A DNA stretch of 46,277 bases from Terrimicrobiaceae bacterium (GCA_041752695.1 JBGSVZ010000067.1:1-46277); one strand, 5' to 3'; counted from the stretch's first letter, positions 8,316 to 19,492 are shown. Translations and numbers: made by a program. Notes: generated from the letters alone by a model not told the origin.

Positions 8316-10384
8316 AACTTACGGCTCTTCTCATGCTTATGTTCGCAGGCGCGGCGGCAGCGCAGCAGTGGGAACCGGTTCCACTTGTGACAGCCAAAAC
8401 GCTTTCCGAGGGTTTGGCCGGAGGAGAAGGCGGGCAATGGCCCCAGGCCCTCGCAGTGGCTTCCGGGGGCGACGTTCTTCTCTTCGGAACCGATGTGGGC
8501 GGGATCTACCGGAGTGCCGACAATGGAAAGACCTGGACGCCATCCAACGACGGCCTCAATGGGAGGGGAGCGTGCGATTTCGCCTTCGATCCCGCGTTCC
8601 CCAAACGGGCACTGCTTGTCGCCGGAAACTCGCTGGAAAGACCGTTTCATGGTCTCTACCTATCAAAAGACGGCGGCGTCTCGTGGAGCAATGTCCTGCC
8701 CTACGACAATACCGGCTACCGCGATTTTCGTCATCAGCTCGCGTTCGATCCTTCAAGTGCCGATCCCCAGTCCGGATGCACCAGAACCGCCTATTGGTCT
8801 TCGGCTTTGACGGGCTCGCGGAAAAAGGGATTTTTCCGTTCCGATGACGGAGGAGAAACATGGAGCGAAATCGCGGACTCGCGAAAAGCAGCTGGTCAAA
8901 GCGTCATCAAGGTGCATCCGACAAAAGGCTGGGTCTATGCGGCCAACCCTTCTGGACTATTCCGCAGCAAGGACCGCGGTGCCTCATTTCAGAAAATCCT
9001 GAGCGAGGCCATCAGCGGTCTCGACGTGGCAGTCGCGGAACCCGACGCCGTCTTTATCAGCACGCCGAAGGATCTCCAGATCTCCCGCGACAATGGAGAC
9101 ACGTTCTCCGTCGTCCCGTCGGACTCGTTTCCCCCGACGACCCGGAGTGGGGTCAAACGTTTGGCAGTGAGTCCGGCTGATCCGAAGCGAATGATTCTGG
9201 AAAGTGACGAGGGCGATTGGGCGCGACATCGCTATGTGACCCAGGACGGAGGGGTCACCTGGACGAAGGGAGTTTTCGATGACTCAAATGCCTTTCTTCC
9301 CCGCAACGATCGCGAAATGGTTGTCACTTGGCATCCCATAAACCCGGATGTGGCGTGGTCCATCGGAGGGGATTTTATCACCCGCTCGACCGACGGAGGC
9401 CGCACCTGGGTCTGGAACGGATCTGGCTACACCGGGGTGATGGTTGGGCATGCTTTCACCTTCCACCCCCTGAATCCTGATCTTATGGCTTTGCCGTCGC
9501 AGGATTATGACGCCGCTGTGACCTCCGATGCGGGAAAGACATGGTCGCGTTTTGGGGTTTCCGGAGAGCCTTGGGGCGGTTTCACCTACGGGGCCTATGC
9601 TTTTTCGCCATCCCGGATGGCCGCCGGAAGCCGGACCTCATGGGGCGGACCTTCGGAGCTCCGCATCAGGGATGGCGACAAGATCACCCGAACGGGAATC
9701 ACCCTGGACGGCGAACCGGTCGGGTTCGGTGATCCCCTGAATCCCGACATCGCCTTCCTTTACAATTATCGCACCACCGACGGGGGCAGAACATGGAGCC
9801 CGATGAATAACTGCCGGGCGGTTTATACCAGCGATCCGGCCCATCCCGACCGCCTCTACGGCACGAACGGCCCTTCCGTCGTTGTTTCCACCAACCATGG
9901 TGCCTCGTGGCAGGACGTGGTCACGCTGCCAGACAAAGCCTGGGTGCGCGATCTCGCCGTGGACCCATCCGCCGGCGTGCTCCACCTCGTCACCTACGGC
10001 GAGAGGCTATTCCACTGGAGCGCTGATACAGGACTGGCGGACGTCACCGATCGGCTCCCGGCCGATCAATTCGGCGGCAAAAGCGCTCAGTCAGTCGCAA
10101 CCGATCCCGTCGAACCAGCCATTGTTTACGTCGTTGGTCCGGGCAATCGCTACCTGAAGGATACCGCGGTGGCTCGTTCCACCGATGGCGGGAAAACCTT
10201 TGTCACCCTGACCCGGAACCTCCGTCTGGGACTCAATCTTGCGGGTCCTGACGGTGGACGCGAGGCGATGTGGGTTCGCGTTCATCCGGGCAACCGCCAC
10301 GCCTACACCGCCAGCAATTGCTTCGGGGTTTGGCGAATTGCCCCTCCCGCCCTGAACACGCAATCATCCAAAAAAACACCATGA
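8312..10384 (+). CDS. secreted BNR/Asp-box beta-propeller glycoside hydrolase (GH74/VPS10-like)
   Basis: Signal peptide, GTDVGGIYRS motif, and many SxDxGxTW Asp-box repeats. ATGA overlaps on both sides. Confidence 0.85.
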   Translation: MKLTALLMLMFAGAAAAQQWEPVPLVTAKTLSEGLAGGEGGQWPQALAVASGGDVLLFGTDVGGIYRSADNGKTWTPSNDGLNGRGACDFAFDPAFPKRALLVAGNSLERPFHGLYLSKDGGVSWSNVLPYDNTGYRDFRHQLAFDPSSADPQSGCTRTAYWSSALTGSRKKGFFRSDDGGETWSEIADSRKAAGQSVIKVHPTKGWVYAANPSGLFRSKDRGASFQKILSEAISGLDVAVAEPDAVFISTPKDLQISRDNGDTFSVVPSDSFPPTTRSGVKRLAVSPADPKRMILESDEGDWARHRYVTQDGGVTWTKGVFDDSNAFLPRNDREMVVTWHPINPDVAWSIGGDFITRSTDGGRTWVWNGSGYTGVMVGHAFTFHPLNPDLMALPSQDYDAAVTSDAGKTWSRFGVSGEPWGGFTYGAYAFSPSRMAAGSRTSWGGPSELRIRDGDKITRTGITLDGEPVGFGDPLNPDIAFLYNYRTTDGGRTWSPMNNCRAVYTSDPAHPDRLYGTNGPSVVVSTNHGASWQDVVTLPDKAWVRDLAVDPSAGVLHLVTYGERLFHWSADTGLADVTDRLPADQFGGKSAQSVATDPVEPAIVYVVGPGNRYLKDTAVARSTDGGKTFVTLTRNLRLGLNLAGPDGGREAMWVRVHPGNRHAYTASNCFGVWRIAPPALNTQSSKKTP

Positions 10385-11493
10385 TCCCGCTGGCCCTCAC
10401 CCGTCCGCTCGCCATCACCATGTGGGATTTTTCCTGGCTGGAACGTCGCTGGCCAGGTTCCGGTTATGAAAACTGGGACACGGCGCTTGCGGAACTCGCC
10501 GAGCGAGGCTACGACGCCGTGCGCATTGATGCCTACCCGCACTTGCTCTCGCAGGCGGCCGAGGGCACCTGGGAACTAATGCCCGAGTGGAACGTGCAGG
10601 ATTGGGGCAGTCCCGCCCTCATCGAAGTACAGGTCTGGCCCGCCCTGCCGGAGTTTATTGCCGCCTGCGCCCGCCACGGCCTGAAAGTCGCCCTTTCGAG
10701 TTGGTTCCGTCAGGACACCCACAACCACCGCATGAACATCGCCGACGGAACTGCCCACGGTGACATTTGGGTCGACACCCTCCGCCGCCTGGAGAGTGCC
10801 GGTTTGCTGGATCACATCCTTTTCGTGGATCTTTGCAACGAATGGGGCCTGGACTGCTGGAGCCCCTTCTTCAATGCCGGACGCAAGGACGCCTGGTTCC
10901 ATCATCCCGACTCGGTCCCGTGGATGAATCAAGCCATCGGCCGGGTGCACGAGGCCTACCCGGACATCCCCTGCACGTTCTCCGCGTTCCCCTTCAAGCC
11001 GGCGGATTGGACGGCACCGGTGGTGGAATCACTCGACCTGCTGGAACTCCATGTCTGGATGACCGGGGAGTGCGATTTCTATGCCAAGGTCGGCTACAAC
11101 TATGAGCGCTTCGAGACCAGGGGCTATGAGAACCTCGTCCGCCATGGCGAAAAATTGTATCGCTCGAATCCCGATTACTGGCACCAGGTCACGCGGCGCG
11201 CGGTGGAAAACGCGGCGCTGATCGGTCGCGAGATGACACGTCCTCTCGTGACTACGGAGTGCTGGGGCATCGTGGATTACAAGGATTGGCCCGGCCTCCG
11301 TTGGGATTGGGTGAAGGAACTTTGCACCACCGGGGTCGAAACCGCCTGCTCCACCGGCCAATGGGCCATGATGGCCACGAGCAACTTCTGTGGCCCCCAG
11401 TTCCGCGGCATGTGGGACGACGTCGCGTGGCACCGACGACTAACGGACCAAATTCATCAGGCCAAGTTGCCAGGAGAACAGCTGGCTGTTTGA
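10381..11493 (+). CDS. cellulase-like (GH5 clan-A-like) family protein
   Basis: RPLAITMWDFSWLERRWPG, RGYDAVRIDAYP, and putative catalytic DLCNEW and TTECWG. Start set at the ATG overlapping the upstream stop. Confidence 0.82.
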   Translation: MIPLALTRPLAITMWDFSWLERRWPGSGYENWDTALAELAERGYDAVRIDAYPHLLSQAAEGTWELMPEWNVQDWGSPALIEVQVWPALPEFIAACARHGLKVALSSWFRQDTHNHRMNIADGTAHGDIWVDTLRRLESAGLLDHILFVDLCNEWGLDCWSPFFNAGRKDAWFHHPDSVPWMNQAIGRVHEAYPDIPCTFSAFPFKPADWTAPVVESLDLLELHVWMTGECDFYAKVGYNYERFETRGYENLVRHGEKLYRSNPDYWHQVTRRAVENAALIGREMTRPLVTTECWGIVDYKDWPGLRWDWVKELCTTGVETACSTGQWAMMATSNFCGPQFRGMWDDVAWHRRLTDQIHQAKLPGEQLAV

Positions 11494-11512
11494 GTCTGGA
11501 AAATCCTGCACT

Positions 11513-11670
11513 TATGCTTTTTGAACTGACGACTCCGCAGACAACGCTTCTTTTGTCAGGCGGTCTCGGGAGCGGGTCCATGCGTAAAGTTCGCCGGTGC
11601 GCGGCAGGAGATTGACTTCAGCGCCTTCGCCCGTTTTTTGGCAATGCGACGGCCGGGAGTTCCGTATCGA
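11513..11670 (-). mobile_element. IS1634-family transposase remnant
   Basis: Minus-strand fragments across frameshifts: YGTPGRR / EGAEVNLLPRTGELYAWTRSRDRLTKE / RCLRSRQFKK. These resemble, from memory, IS1634 transposase YLVGTPKGRL...EGVEVKLLPQDGELYVLARSRDRVxKERAMRRRQLK. Confidence 0.65.
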
Positions 11671-11878
11671 GCGTACCCAAAATTTTGAAGTTCTGGCGTC
11701 ATTTTGGCAACCGGACACCAGCTGGCAGACGATCGGGTAACATGATCAAGGACAAATCCTCTCAGCCCCCCCCAAACGCTGGATGCGTGAGGGGACGCAT
11801 AAATCCGGCACGCCATCCTTCGAGTAACCCCGTGTTATCGTCCGGTGGAATCCGGTCGGGGGCGAAAGGATAGCGTAT

Positions 11879-12589
11879 ATGGCACACACCTTTGCACCCT
11901 TCTCCGCCTTGGATGATTTGGACATCCCGGAGCCATCAAAACGAAACGTCGGCAGGAAGGAACGGGTCGGTTCTGCGGTGGCAGGTGCCGCCTTGGCTGC
12001 CTACGGAGTCTCCCGTCGCGATCGATGGGGGGTCGCCCTGGGTCTACTGGGAGGCGCTTTGCTCGTTCGCGGAAGCCGCGGCTTCTGCGAAGGGTATGCC
12101 CTCCTCGGCATCGATACGGCGGGCGGGTTGGATGGCCGGGGAGTCCCGGGCGATGTTGGCATCCGGATTGAGCACACCGTGGAAATCGCAAAGTCCCCGA
12201 TGGAGCTTTATCATTTCTGGCACACCCTGACGAATCTTCCCGAAATTCTGCCACACGTGAAGTCCGTCACGGTCGAGGGGGCGCGTTCACATTGGGTCGT
12301 TGCCGGTCCGGTGGGACACGACGTCCATTGGATTGCGGAGTTTATCAGCGAAAACCCGGGGGAGGTGCTGGCTTGGCAGAGTCTGCCTGGCTCTGAGGTG
12401 CATAATGCCGGATCGGTGCGATTTGAATCGCTCGACGACGGCGCCTCTACGCGAATGAAGGTTGCCATTGAATATCTTCCGCCCGGGGGCAAGCTTGGGG
12501 CGGCCCTGGCGGCCCTTTTGCAGGCCTCCCCGCAAAAGCAGCTAGAGGCGGATCTGGAACGATTCAAGGCACGGATGGAAGCCGTTTAG
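11879..12589 (+). CDS. SRPBCC/polyketide-cyclase family protein with N-terminal DUF2892-like membrane segment
   Basis: NVGRKER...RGSRGFC N-terminus; FWHTLTNLPEILPH, SHWVVAGP, LAWQSLPGSEVHNAGSVRF, EYLPPGG and DLERFK. Confidence 0.88.
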   Translation: MAHTFAPFSALDDLDIPEPSKRNVGRKERVGSAVAGAALAAYGVSRRDRWGVALGLLGGALLVRGSRGFCEGYALLGIDTAGGLDGRGVPGDVGIRIEHTVEIAKSPMELYHFWHTLTNLPEILPHVKSVTVEGARSHWVVAGPVGHDVHWIAEFISENPGEVLAWQSLPGSEVHNAGSVRFESLDDGASTRMKVAIEYLPPGGKLGAALAALLQASPQKQLEADLERFKARMEAV

Positions 12590-12600
12590 GGCGGGCGGTC

Positions 12601-13434
12601 ATGAGGACTCTTTGGAAAGGTGCGATTAGTTTTGGCTTGGTCACAATTCCCGTTTCGCTTTATCCGGCGACACGCCGGGAGGAGCTGAAATTCCGCATGT
12701 TGCGGAAGTCCGATTTGAGTCCGATCAATTACAAACGGGTGGCGGAGGCCGATGGGAAAGAGGTGCCTTGGAACGAAATCGTCAAAGGGTATGAGTACGA
12801 GAAAGAAAAATTCGTCTTACTCAAGGACGAGGATTTTGCCCGGGTTGATGTCGAAGCCACCCAGACGGTTGACATCATCAACTTTGTGGCTATTGAGGAT
12901 GTCGACCCGTTGCTGTTTTATAAGCCGTATTATCTCGAAGTGGGAAAGGGTGGCGACAAAGCCTACGTTCTCCTGCGCGACGCGCTGATGAAGGCCAGGA
13001 AGATCGCCATCACGAAAGTCGTGATTCGTGCCCGCCAGCATCTGGCGGCCCTCAAACCTCAGAAGACCGGGCTGGTTTTGGAATTGATGCACTTTCCCGG
13101 AGAGTTGATCGACGTGGCGGAATTTAAGGAGCCGACGGAGAAAACCATCGGCAAGGCGGAGATGAAAATGGCGGAGCAGTTGATCGAAAGCATGACCTCT
13201 CCGTGGAAACCCGAAGAGTATAATGATGACTACCACGACGCGCTGGAAAAACTCATCGAAGAAAAGATTGAGAACGGCGACGAAAAACCGCCGAATCAGC
13301 GTAAGAAAAAAACGCAGTCCAATATTATTGATCTCGCGGAGATCCTGAAAAAGAGCCTCGCGGAAACGAAAAAAACCGCCAAGCCTGCGGCCCGTAAGAA
13401 GGCGGTGAAGCGTCCGCGGAAGAAGGCGGCCTGA
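12601..13434 (+). CDS. ku: non-homologous end joining protein Ku
   Basis: MRTLWKGAISFGLVTIPVSLYPA, IVKGYEY, KPYYL, and a basic C-terminal tail. Confidence 0.97.
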   Translation: MRTLWKGAISFGLVTIPVSLYPATRREELKFRMLRKSDLSPINYKRVAEADGKEVPWNEIVKGYEYEKEKFVLLKDEDFARVDVEATQTVDIINFVAIEDVDPLLFYKPYYLEVGKGGDKAYVLLRDALMKARKIAITKVVIRARQHLAALKPQKTGLVLELMHFPGELIDVAEFKEPTEKTIGKAEMKMAEQLIESMTSPWKPEEYNDDYHDALEKLIEEKIENGDEKPPNQRKKKTQSNIIDLAEILKKSLAETKKTAKPAARKKAVKRPRKKAA

Positions 13435-15020
13435 TGTCCCTCGCCGAGTATGGCCGGAAGCGGGATTTCCAGAAGACCGCGGAGCCGCGCGGCCGGGCGG
13501 GGAAGGGGAGGCAGAACCATTTTGTGGTGCAGAAACACGCCGCCTCCCGGCTGCACTATGATTTCCGGTTGGAAATGGGAGGGACCTTAAAATCGTGGGC
13601 CTTGCCCAAAGGAATGCCTTATGAGAAAGGCGAACGGCACCTGGCCGTGCAGGTGGAGGATCATCCTGTGGCATATGCTAATTTCGAGGGACCGATTCCG
13701 AAGGGCCAATATGGTGGCGGAACGGTGATGGTATGGGATCACGGCACCTATGAACCGCTGAGCAAGACGCCGGCGAAGGATCTTCAAAACGGCAAACTTC
13801 ATGTCACCCTCCAAGGTGAGAAGCTTCAGGGAGAGTGGTATTTAGTGCGGCTGAAGGACGGGGACAATCAGTGGCTCATCATCAAAGGGGGTGAGTCCAT
13901 GAAACCCGTGACAAAAAAGGCCGACGATCTATCCGTGGCCAGTCACCAAACCATGTCGCAACTTTCCCAAGGAGACCGGGTTGGGCAATCGAAGGAAACC
14001 CCTGCCAAACGGGGGAGAAACGCGCAGGCGATCAAGGCGGCCCCCCTTCCGGAATTCGTGGAGCCGATGCAGGCCAAGCTGGCGACTTTGGTTCGGGGGG
14101 GAGATTGGCGATACGAAATCAAGTTCGACGGCTGGCGGGCGGTTGCGCTCAAGGGGGGCAGTCAATGCCGTCTGGTATCAAGAAACAGAAAAGACTTCGG
14201 CGCCAAGTTTCCGGAAGTGATGGAATCTGTGGCAAAAGTGAAGGCTGAGAATGCGATCATTGATGGCGAGATCGTGGCTTTGGACGAAAAAGGACGTTCG
14301 TCGTTCCAGCTTCTCCAGGCTTATGACATCGGACAGGAACGTCCCCCAATTTATTTTTACGCCTTCGATCTGCTCCAGCTCAACGGCAAGGACCTTTTAA
14401 AATCTCCGCTGGAAGAGCGGCGGGCGTTGCTGGGCAAATTGCTGAAAAAGCCGTCGGGCGTCTTACGACTTTCGCCTGACTTGGGAGACGATGCGGCCCC
14501 GCTTTTGGAACAGGCGCGGGGACTGGGGTTGGAAGGTCTGATCGGGAAGCGGGCAGGTTCGCTCTATGAGGCTGGGCGTCGGAGCGGCAGTTGGATCAAG
14601 CTCAAATTGGGGCAGGAACAGGAGTTTGTCATTGGAGGATACACCGAACCAGAAGGTTCAAGGTCCTGTTTTGGCGCGCTGATTGTGGGTGTTTACCAAG
14701 GCAAAGACCTTGTGTTTTCCGGCAAGGTGGGAACGGGCTTTAATGCCAAATTGCTGCGCACGCTCTTTGCGCAGTTTAAGACCATCCCGCAGGCCGACTG
14801 TCCATTTTCCAATTTGCCTCTGCCGCGCAGCGGGAAGTGGGGACAGGCGATCACGAAGCACGAAATGCGACTCTGCCATTGGGTTGAACCGCAGTTGGTC
14901 TGCCAGGTGAAGTTCAGCGAATGGACCCGGGACGGCCGGCTGCGGCAGCCGGTGTTTCTTGGCCTCCGCGCGGATAAAGATGCCACGGACGTCGTGAAGG
15001 AAAGGGCGCGTGGGAAATAG
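13434..15020 (+). CDS. ligD: NHEJ DNA ligase D (phosphoesterase + ATP-dependent ligase domains, no polymerase domain)
   Basis: PE domain FVVQKHAASRLHYDFRLE...HLAVQVEDHP; ligase motif I EIKFDGWR, IIDGEIV, YAFDLL, EGLIGK and LRQPVFLGLR. Confidence 0.95.
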   Translation: MSLAEYGRKRDFQKTAEPRGRAGKGRQNHFVVQKHAASRLHYDFRLEMGGTLKSWALPKGMPYEKGERHLAVQVEDHPVAYANFEGPIPKGQYGGGTVMVWDHGTYEPLSKTPAKDLQNGKLHVTLQGEKLQGEWYLVRLKDGDNQWLIIKGGESMKPVTKKADDLSVASHQTMSQLSQGDRVGQSKETPAKRGRNAQAIKAAPLPEFVEPMQAKLATLVRGGDWRYEIKFDGWRAVALKGGSQCRLVSRNRKDFGAKFPEVMESVAKVKAENAIIDGEIVALDEKGRSSFQLLQAYDIGQERPPIYFYAFDLLQLNGKDLLKSPLEERRALLGKLLKKPSGVLRLSPDLGDDAAPLLEQARGLGLEGLIGKRAGSLYEAGRRSGSWIKLKLGQEQEFVIGGYTEPEGSRSCFGALIVGVYQGKDLVFSGKVGTGFNAKLLRTLFAQFKTIPQADCPFSNLPLPRSGKWGQAITKHEMRLCHWVEPQLVCQVKFSEWTRDGRLRQPVFLGLRADKDATDVVKERARGK

Positions 15021-15927
15021 TGCCACACTGAAAATCGGCGGAAAATCCGTCGAAGTGACGAACCTCGATAAGGTTTTTTATCCTCAGACCGGGTTTACGA
15101 AGGGTGAGGTGATTGATTATTATATCAAAATTTCACCTGTCCTGCTGCCCCATTTGAAGAACCGTCCCATTAGTCTCAAACGATATCCCGATGGGGTGGA
15201 GGGCTTTTTTTTCTATGAAAAGCGTTGCCCCGAGCACCGTCCGAAATGGATGAAGACTATCGCCGTGGCCAAAAAGGACGGCGGGGAAATCCCGTATTGT
15301 GCGATGAACGACCTGCCCGCGCTCGTCTGGGCGGCGAATCTGGCGGATTTGGAACTGCACACCTTTTTGCACCGGGCTCCTGCTTTGCACAGGCCGACCG
15401 CCATCGCCTTTGATCTGGATCCGGGTGCGCCCGCGGACATCGTACAATGCTGTGAGGTGGGGCTGATGATCCGGGCAATCTTCGCGAAGCTGGGATTGGA
15501 AAGTTTTCCGAAGACCTCCGGCTCGAAGGGCTTGCAAGTCTACGTCCCGCTGAATAGCCCGGTGACTTATGAGCGCACTAAAGCTTTCGCGCATGCGCTG
15601 GCGGAAAAACTGGAAAAGCAGCACCCGAAGCACGTGATTTCGCGCATGGCAAAAAACCTTCGCCAGGGGAAGATTTTTGTGGATTGGAGTCAGAACGACG
15701 ACAAAAAAACAACCGTGAATGTCTATTCCCTGCGAGCGAAGGAAGAACCCACGGTATCCATGCCCGTCAAATGGAGCGAGGTGGAGAACGCGTTGAAAAA
15801 GAAGGCCCCTTTACAATTTAACGCGGGAGAAGCTCTGGCCCGGGTGAAGCGATGCGGGGATTTGTTCGCTCCGGTCCTGTCCTTGAAACAGAAACTGCCT
15901 GGGCTGCGCGAACTGGCAGCCCTTTGA
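15010..15927 (+). CDS. stand-alone LigD polymerase/primase (AEP) domain protein
   Basis: TNLDKVFYP, RYPDG, FFYEK, AFDLDPG, KTSGSKGLQVY, FVDWSQN and YSLRA. GTG start overlaps the end of ligD. Confidence 0.93.
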   Translation: MGNSATLKIGGKSVEVTNLDKVFYPQTGFTKGEVIDYYIKISPVLLPHLKNRPISLKRYPDGVEGFFFYEKRCPEHRPKWMKTIAVAKKDGGEIPYCAMNDLPALVWAANLADLELHTFLHRAPALHRPTAIAFDLDPGAPADIVQCCEVGLMIRAIFAKLGLESFPKTSGSKGLQVYVPLNSPVTYERTKAFAHALAEKLEKQHPKHVISRMAKNLRQGKIFVDWSQNDDKKTTVNVYSLRAKEEPTVSMPVKWSEVENALKKKAPLQFNAGEALARVKRCGDLFAPVLSLKQKLPGLRELAAL

Positions 15928-16059
15928 AATTCCCAGGTGGAGGGGCGGGTGCGGTGGTTCAGGGAATTCCCCGATAAAACCCTCAGGGCCACCAATTTGC
16001 TTTCTCTGCGGGCTCCGGCAAGGACGATATTTTCCACCAGTTTCCGAGCCCTATCCCGC

Positions 16060-19000
16060 ATGCCTCCACCCCGTATTCTTCCGCAAAATCGTCGAACCAT
16101 CAAAAGCGACCTTCCCCTCGCCATCAGCCTTTCTCTGGTGGTGATCTTTTTCGTGGCCAGCGGGGTGGTTTCCTTTCGAAACGCCCGCTTTCTGATGGAC
16201 GACGTTCTGAGGGTGGCGCATACCCACGAGGTCATCACAGCGCTCGACTCCGTGGGGGCATTGATGAAGGACGCCGAATCGGGCCAGCGCGGGTATGTGA
16301 TCACCGGCGACGTCCGGTATTTGGAACCTTATACCAGGGCCCAATCTGGAATCGCCGACCACATCACTAAAGCGGAGACTCTCGTCCAGGACAACAGCGA
16401 GCAACTCTCCCAATTCCCGCCACTCAGGGCGCATGTCGCCGCGAAATTTTCCGAAATGGAAGAGACGATCTCCCTCCGCCGGACGATCGGATACGAGGCC
16501 GCGAGGGATTTGGTGGGCACCGACCGTGGCAAGATCGAAATGGATGCGTTGCGCGCCCGGATCACCGAAATGCGGGATGTGGAACGAGGTCTTCGCCGTC
16601 AGCGGGTGGCCAGCATGCAGCAAGCCTATCGCACGACGGTAACCAGCGGCATTGTGACCGCGGCCCTCGGGATTCTCTTATCCCTCTTTGTCGCCATCCT
16701 CCTGCGGCGCGCTGCGGGAGCCCGGCGGGAGCAAGAGTGGCTCCAGGCCGGCAAAGTGGGCCTGGCCGCAGCGATTGTGGGAGAGCAGCACATGGACCAG
16801 CTCTGTGAAAACCTCCTCGGATTCCTTGTGAAATATTTCGACGCCCACGCGGCAGCCGTGTTCACGCGGGCAGGGGAGGAGTTCCGGCGCGTCGCGACAT
16901 ACGGCGTGCCGGAGGGGAGCACAACTCCGCTGCGTTTTGGACCGGGTGACGGGCTCTTGGGCGAAGCGGTCACGCGCAAGGAACTCATCATGATCCACGA
17001 TGTTCCGGATGGATACCTCACCATTGGGTCCGGGTTCGGTCGGGGCAATCCCCGTCATCTGATCATCGCCCCCGCTGTGACGGACAGCACCGCCAACGCC
17101 GTGATCGAAATGGGATTCATTCATCCTCTCGACAAACTTTCGCTCACTCTGCTGGTGGAGGTCGCCGATCAAATCGGGGTGGCGGTGAAATCGGCCATCT
17201 ATCGCGAAAATCTTCAGGAACTTTTGGAAGAAACCCAGCGGCAGTCCGAGGAATTGCAGGCCCAAAGCGAAGAACTCCGGGTTTCCAATGAGGAACTGGA
17301 AGAGCAAAGTCGCGCGATCAAGGAATCGCAGACCCGTCTGGAACTTCAGCAAGCGGAACTGGAACAAACCAACTCACAACTTGAAGAGCAGACGCAGATG
17401 CTGGAGGCGCAGCGCAATGACCTGGTGCAGGCGCAAGTCACCGTGCAGGCGAAAGCGGACGAGTTGGAACGGTCGAGTCGCTACAAATCGGACTTCCTTG
17501 CGAACATGTCCCACGAGTTGCGGACCCCCCTGAATTCGCTCCTCATCCTTTCGAAGCTCCTGTCGGATAACACCGACGACAATCTGACTGCAGAACAGGT
17601 GAATTACGCCCGGACTATTCAGTCTTCGGGTAACGATTTGCTGGTTCTGATCAACGACATCCTGGATCTCTCCAAGATCGAAGCGGGCCACATGGAGATC
17701 CATCCTGAGCCCATGCCACTGAGCCGGCTCGCTGGCGATCTTGCAAGGGTGTTTGATCCGCTGGCCAAACAAAAGGGCCTTCTGCTGACGACTCATCTGG
17801 ACGGCACCTGTCCGGAAGTGATGGAAACCGACCGCCAACGGCTGGAGCAAATCCTGCGCAACCTTCTCTCGAATGCCCTGAAATTTACGGAAAAGGGTCG
17901 GGTTGACCTGGCCGTCAGCAAGAACGTGGAAGGACGAATGGTCTTTGCGGTGCGCGACACGGGGATTGGAATTTCTGAAGAGCATCAGCGTGCGGTTTTC
18001 GAAGCCTTTCATCAGGCGGACGGAACGATCAGCCGCCGCTATGGTGGCACGGGTCTCGGTCTTTCCATCTCGCGGGAACTGGCCAGGCTCTTGGGCGGAG
18101 CCATCAGCCTGGAGAGCACGCCGGGCCAGGGCAGCACCTTCACCCTCGTTCTGCCGGAAACCTTCCAGGGTCAATCTTCCCCGGCTGCGCCCAAACGGGA
18201 AATCTTCGCGCCCCTCCCGCAAACGCCGGCGAACGTCGAACCAGCATCCGCCGTCGAACGAACCCGCTATGTGCCGGATGATCGCGAGGCGCTCGTCTCC
18301 GGGAAGCGGACAATCCTCGTGGTGGAGGATGAGGAGTTTTTTGCCAGGGCCCTGCATGATATGGTCCATGAATTGGGGTTTCAGTGCCTGGTGTCCACCA
18401 GCGCGGAAGATGCCTTGCTCACCGCCCGCCAATATCTTCCCAACGCCGTGCTCCTCGATGTGGGCCTGCCGGACAATTCCGGACTCACCGTGCTGGATCG
18501 GTTGAAGCAGGATATCCGCACGCGACACATTCCCATTCACGTTATTTCCGCAGGGGACCATTCGCGCACCGCGTATTCGCTTGGCGCGGTCGGCTACCTG
18601 TTGAAGCCGGTGAAGCGGGAGGAGATCCTCGACGCCTTGAAACAGCTCGACGCGCGGCTGGCCGAAGGCATGCGTCATGTGCTGATTGTGGAGGATGACG
18701 AAGTGCAGCGCGGCAGCCTCGCTAAACTTCTGGGTTCGCATGATGTGGAGACCGTCGCGGTGGGAACGGCTTCGGAATGTTTGGAAAAGTTAAAAACCAC
18801 CACCTTCGATTGTATGGTGCTGGATCTGACTCTGCCTGATGCCTCAGGGTACTCCCTTCTGGAAACTTTGAGTCGCGAGCATGCGTATTCTTTCCCCCCG
18901 GTGATCGTTTACACCGGGCGCGACTTGTCCCACGAAGAGGAGCAAAAGCTGCGTCGTTATTCCAAGTCGATTATCATCAAGGGCGCCAAATCCCCCGAGC

Positions 19001-19491
19001 GCCTGCTTGATGAAGTGACCCTGTTTCTGCACCAGGTCGTGGCGGAATTGCCTCCGGAACAGCAGAAGATGCTGAAGAAGGCCCACAACCGGGACGCGGT
19101 GCTGGAAGGTCGTCATATTCTCATCGTGGAGGACGATGTGCGGAACATCTACTCGCTCACCAACATTCTTGAACCTCGTGGGGCCAAACTGCAGATTGCG
19201 CGCAACGGCCGGGAGGCGCTGGCGGCCCTGGAAAAGACCAAGTCCGATTCCGGGACGAAAATCGATCTGGTGCTCATGGATGTAATGATGCCGGAAATGG
19301 ATGGCATGACGGCCACGCGTGAGATCCGCAAAGAGGCGGCATGGAAAAAACTGCCCATCATCATGCTCACCGCCAAGGCGATGAAAAACGATCAGGAACG
19401 CTGCCTCGAGGCGGGGGCAAACGACTACATGGCCAAACCCCTCGACGTGGAAAAGTTGCTCTCCCTCATCCGGGTGTGGATGCCCCGCTAA
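16060..19491 (+). CDS. CHASE3-GAF hybrid sensor histidine kinase with three receiver domains
   Basis: TM-CHASE3 ([13 protein letters not shown]...YLEPY)-TM, GAF, coiled coil, [14 protein letters not shown], HATPase G boxes, and three REC domains. Start ATG 16060 chosen. Confidence 0.93.
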   Translation: MPPPRILPQNRRTIKSDLPLAISLSLVVIFFVASGVVSFRNARFLMDDVLRVAHTHEVITALDSVGALMKDAESGQRGYVITGDVRYLEPYTRAQSGIADHITKAETLVQDNSEQLSQFPPLRAHVAAKFSEMEETISLRRTIGYEAARDLVGTDRGKIEMDALRARITEMRDVERGLRRQRVASMQQAYRTTVTSGIVTAALGILLSLFVAILLRRAAGARREQEWLQAGKVGLAAAIVGEQHMDQLCENLLGFLVKYFDAHAAAVFTRAGEEFRRVATYGVPEGSTTPLRFGPGDGLLGEAVTRKELIMIHDVPDGYLTIGSGFGRGNPRHLIIAPAVTDSTANAVIEMGFIHPLDKLSLTLLVEVADQIGVAVKSAIYRENLQELLEETQRQSEELQAQSEELRVSNEELEEQSRAIKESQTRLELQQAELEQTNSQLEEQTQMLEAQRNDLVQAQVTVQAKADELERSSRYKSDFLANMSHELRTPLNSLLILSKLLSDNTDDNLTAEQVNYARTIQSSGNDLLVLINDILDLSKIEAGHMEIHPEPMPLSRLAGDLARVFDPLAKQKGLLLTTHLDGTCPEVMETDRQRLEQILRNLLSNALKFTEKGRVDLAVSKNVEGRMVFAVRDTGIGISEEHQRAVFEAFHQADGTISRRYGGTGLGLSISRELARLLGGAISLESTPGQGSTFTLVLPETFQGQSSPAAPKREIFAPLPQTPANVEPASAVERTRYVPDDREALVSGKRTILVVEDEEFFARALHDMVHELGFQCLVSTSAEDALLTARQYLPNAVLLDVGLPDNSGLTVLDRLKQDIRTRHIPIHVISAGDHSRTAYSLGAVGYLLKPVKREEILDALKQLDARLAEGMRHVLIVEDDEVQRGSLAKLLGSHDVETVAVGTASECLEKLKTTTFDCMVLDLTLPDASGYSLLETLSREHAYSFPPVIVYTGRDLSHEEEQKLRRYSKSIIIKGAKSPERLLDEVTLFLHQVVAELPPEQQKMLKKAHNRDAVLEGRHILIVEDDVRNIYSLTNILEPRGAKLQIARNGREALAALEKTKSDSGTKIDLVLMDVMMPEMDGMTATREIRKEAAWKKLPIIMLTAKAMKNDQERCLEAGANDYMAKPLDVEKLLSLIRVWMPR

Positions 19492-19492
19492 A

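Noticed and set aside
17374..18741. 455-aa minus-strand ORF (also 38175-39683, 28711-29880, 23766-24986, 42807-43982)
   Set aside because: Antisense shadows of well-supported genes in high-GC DNA; no recognisable motifs.
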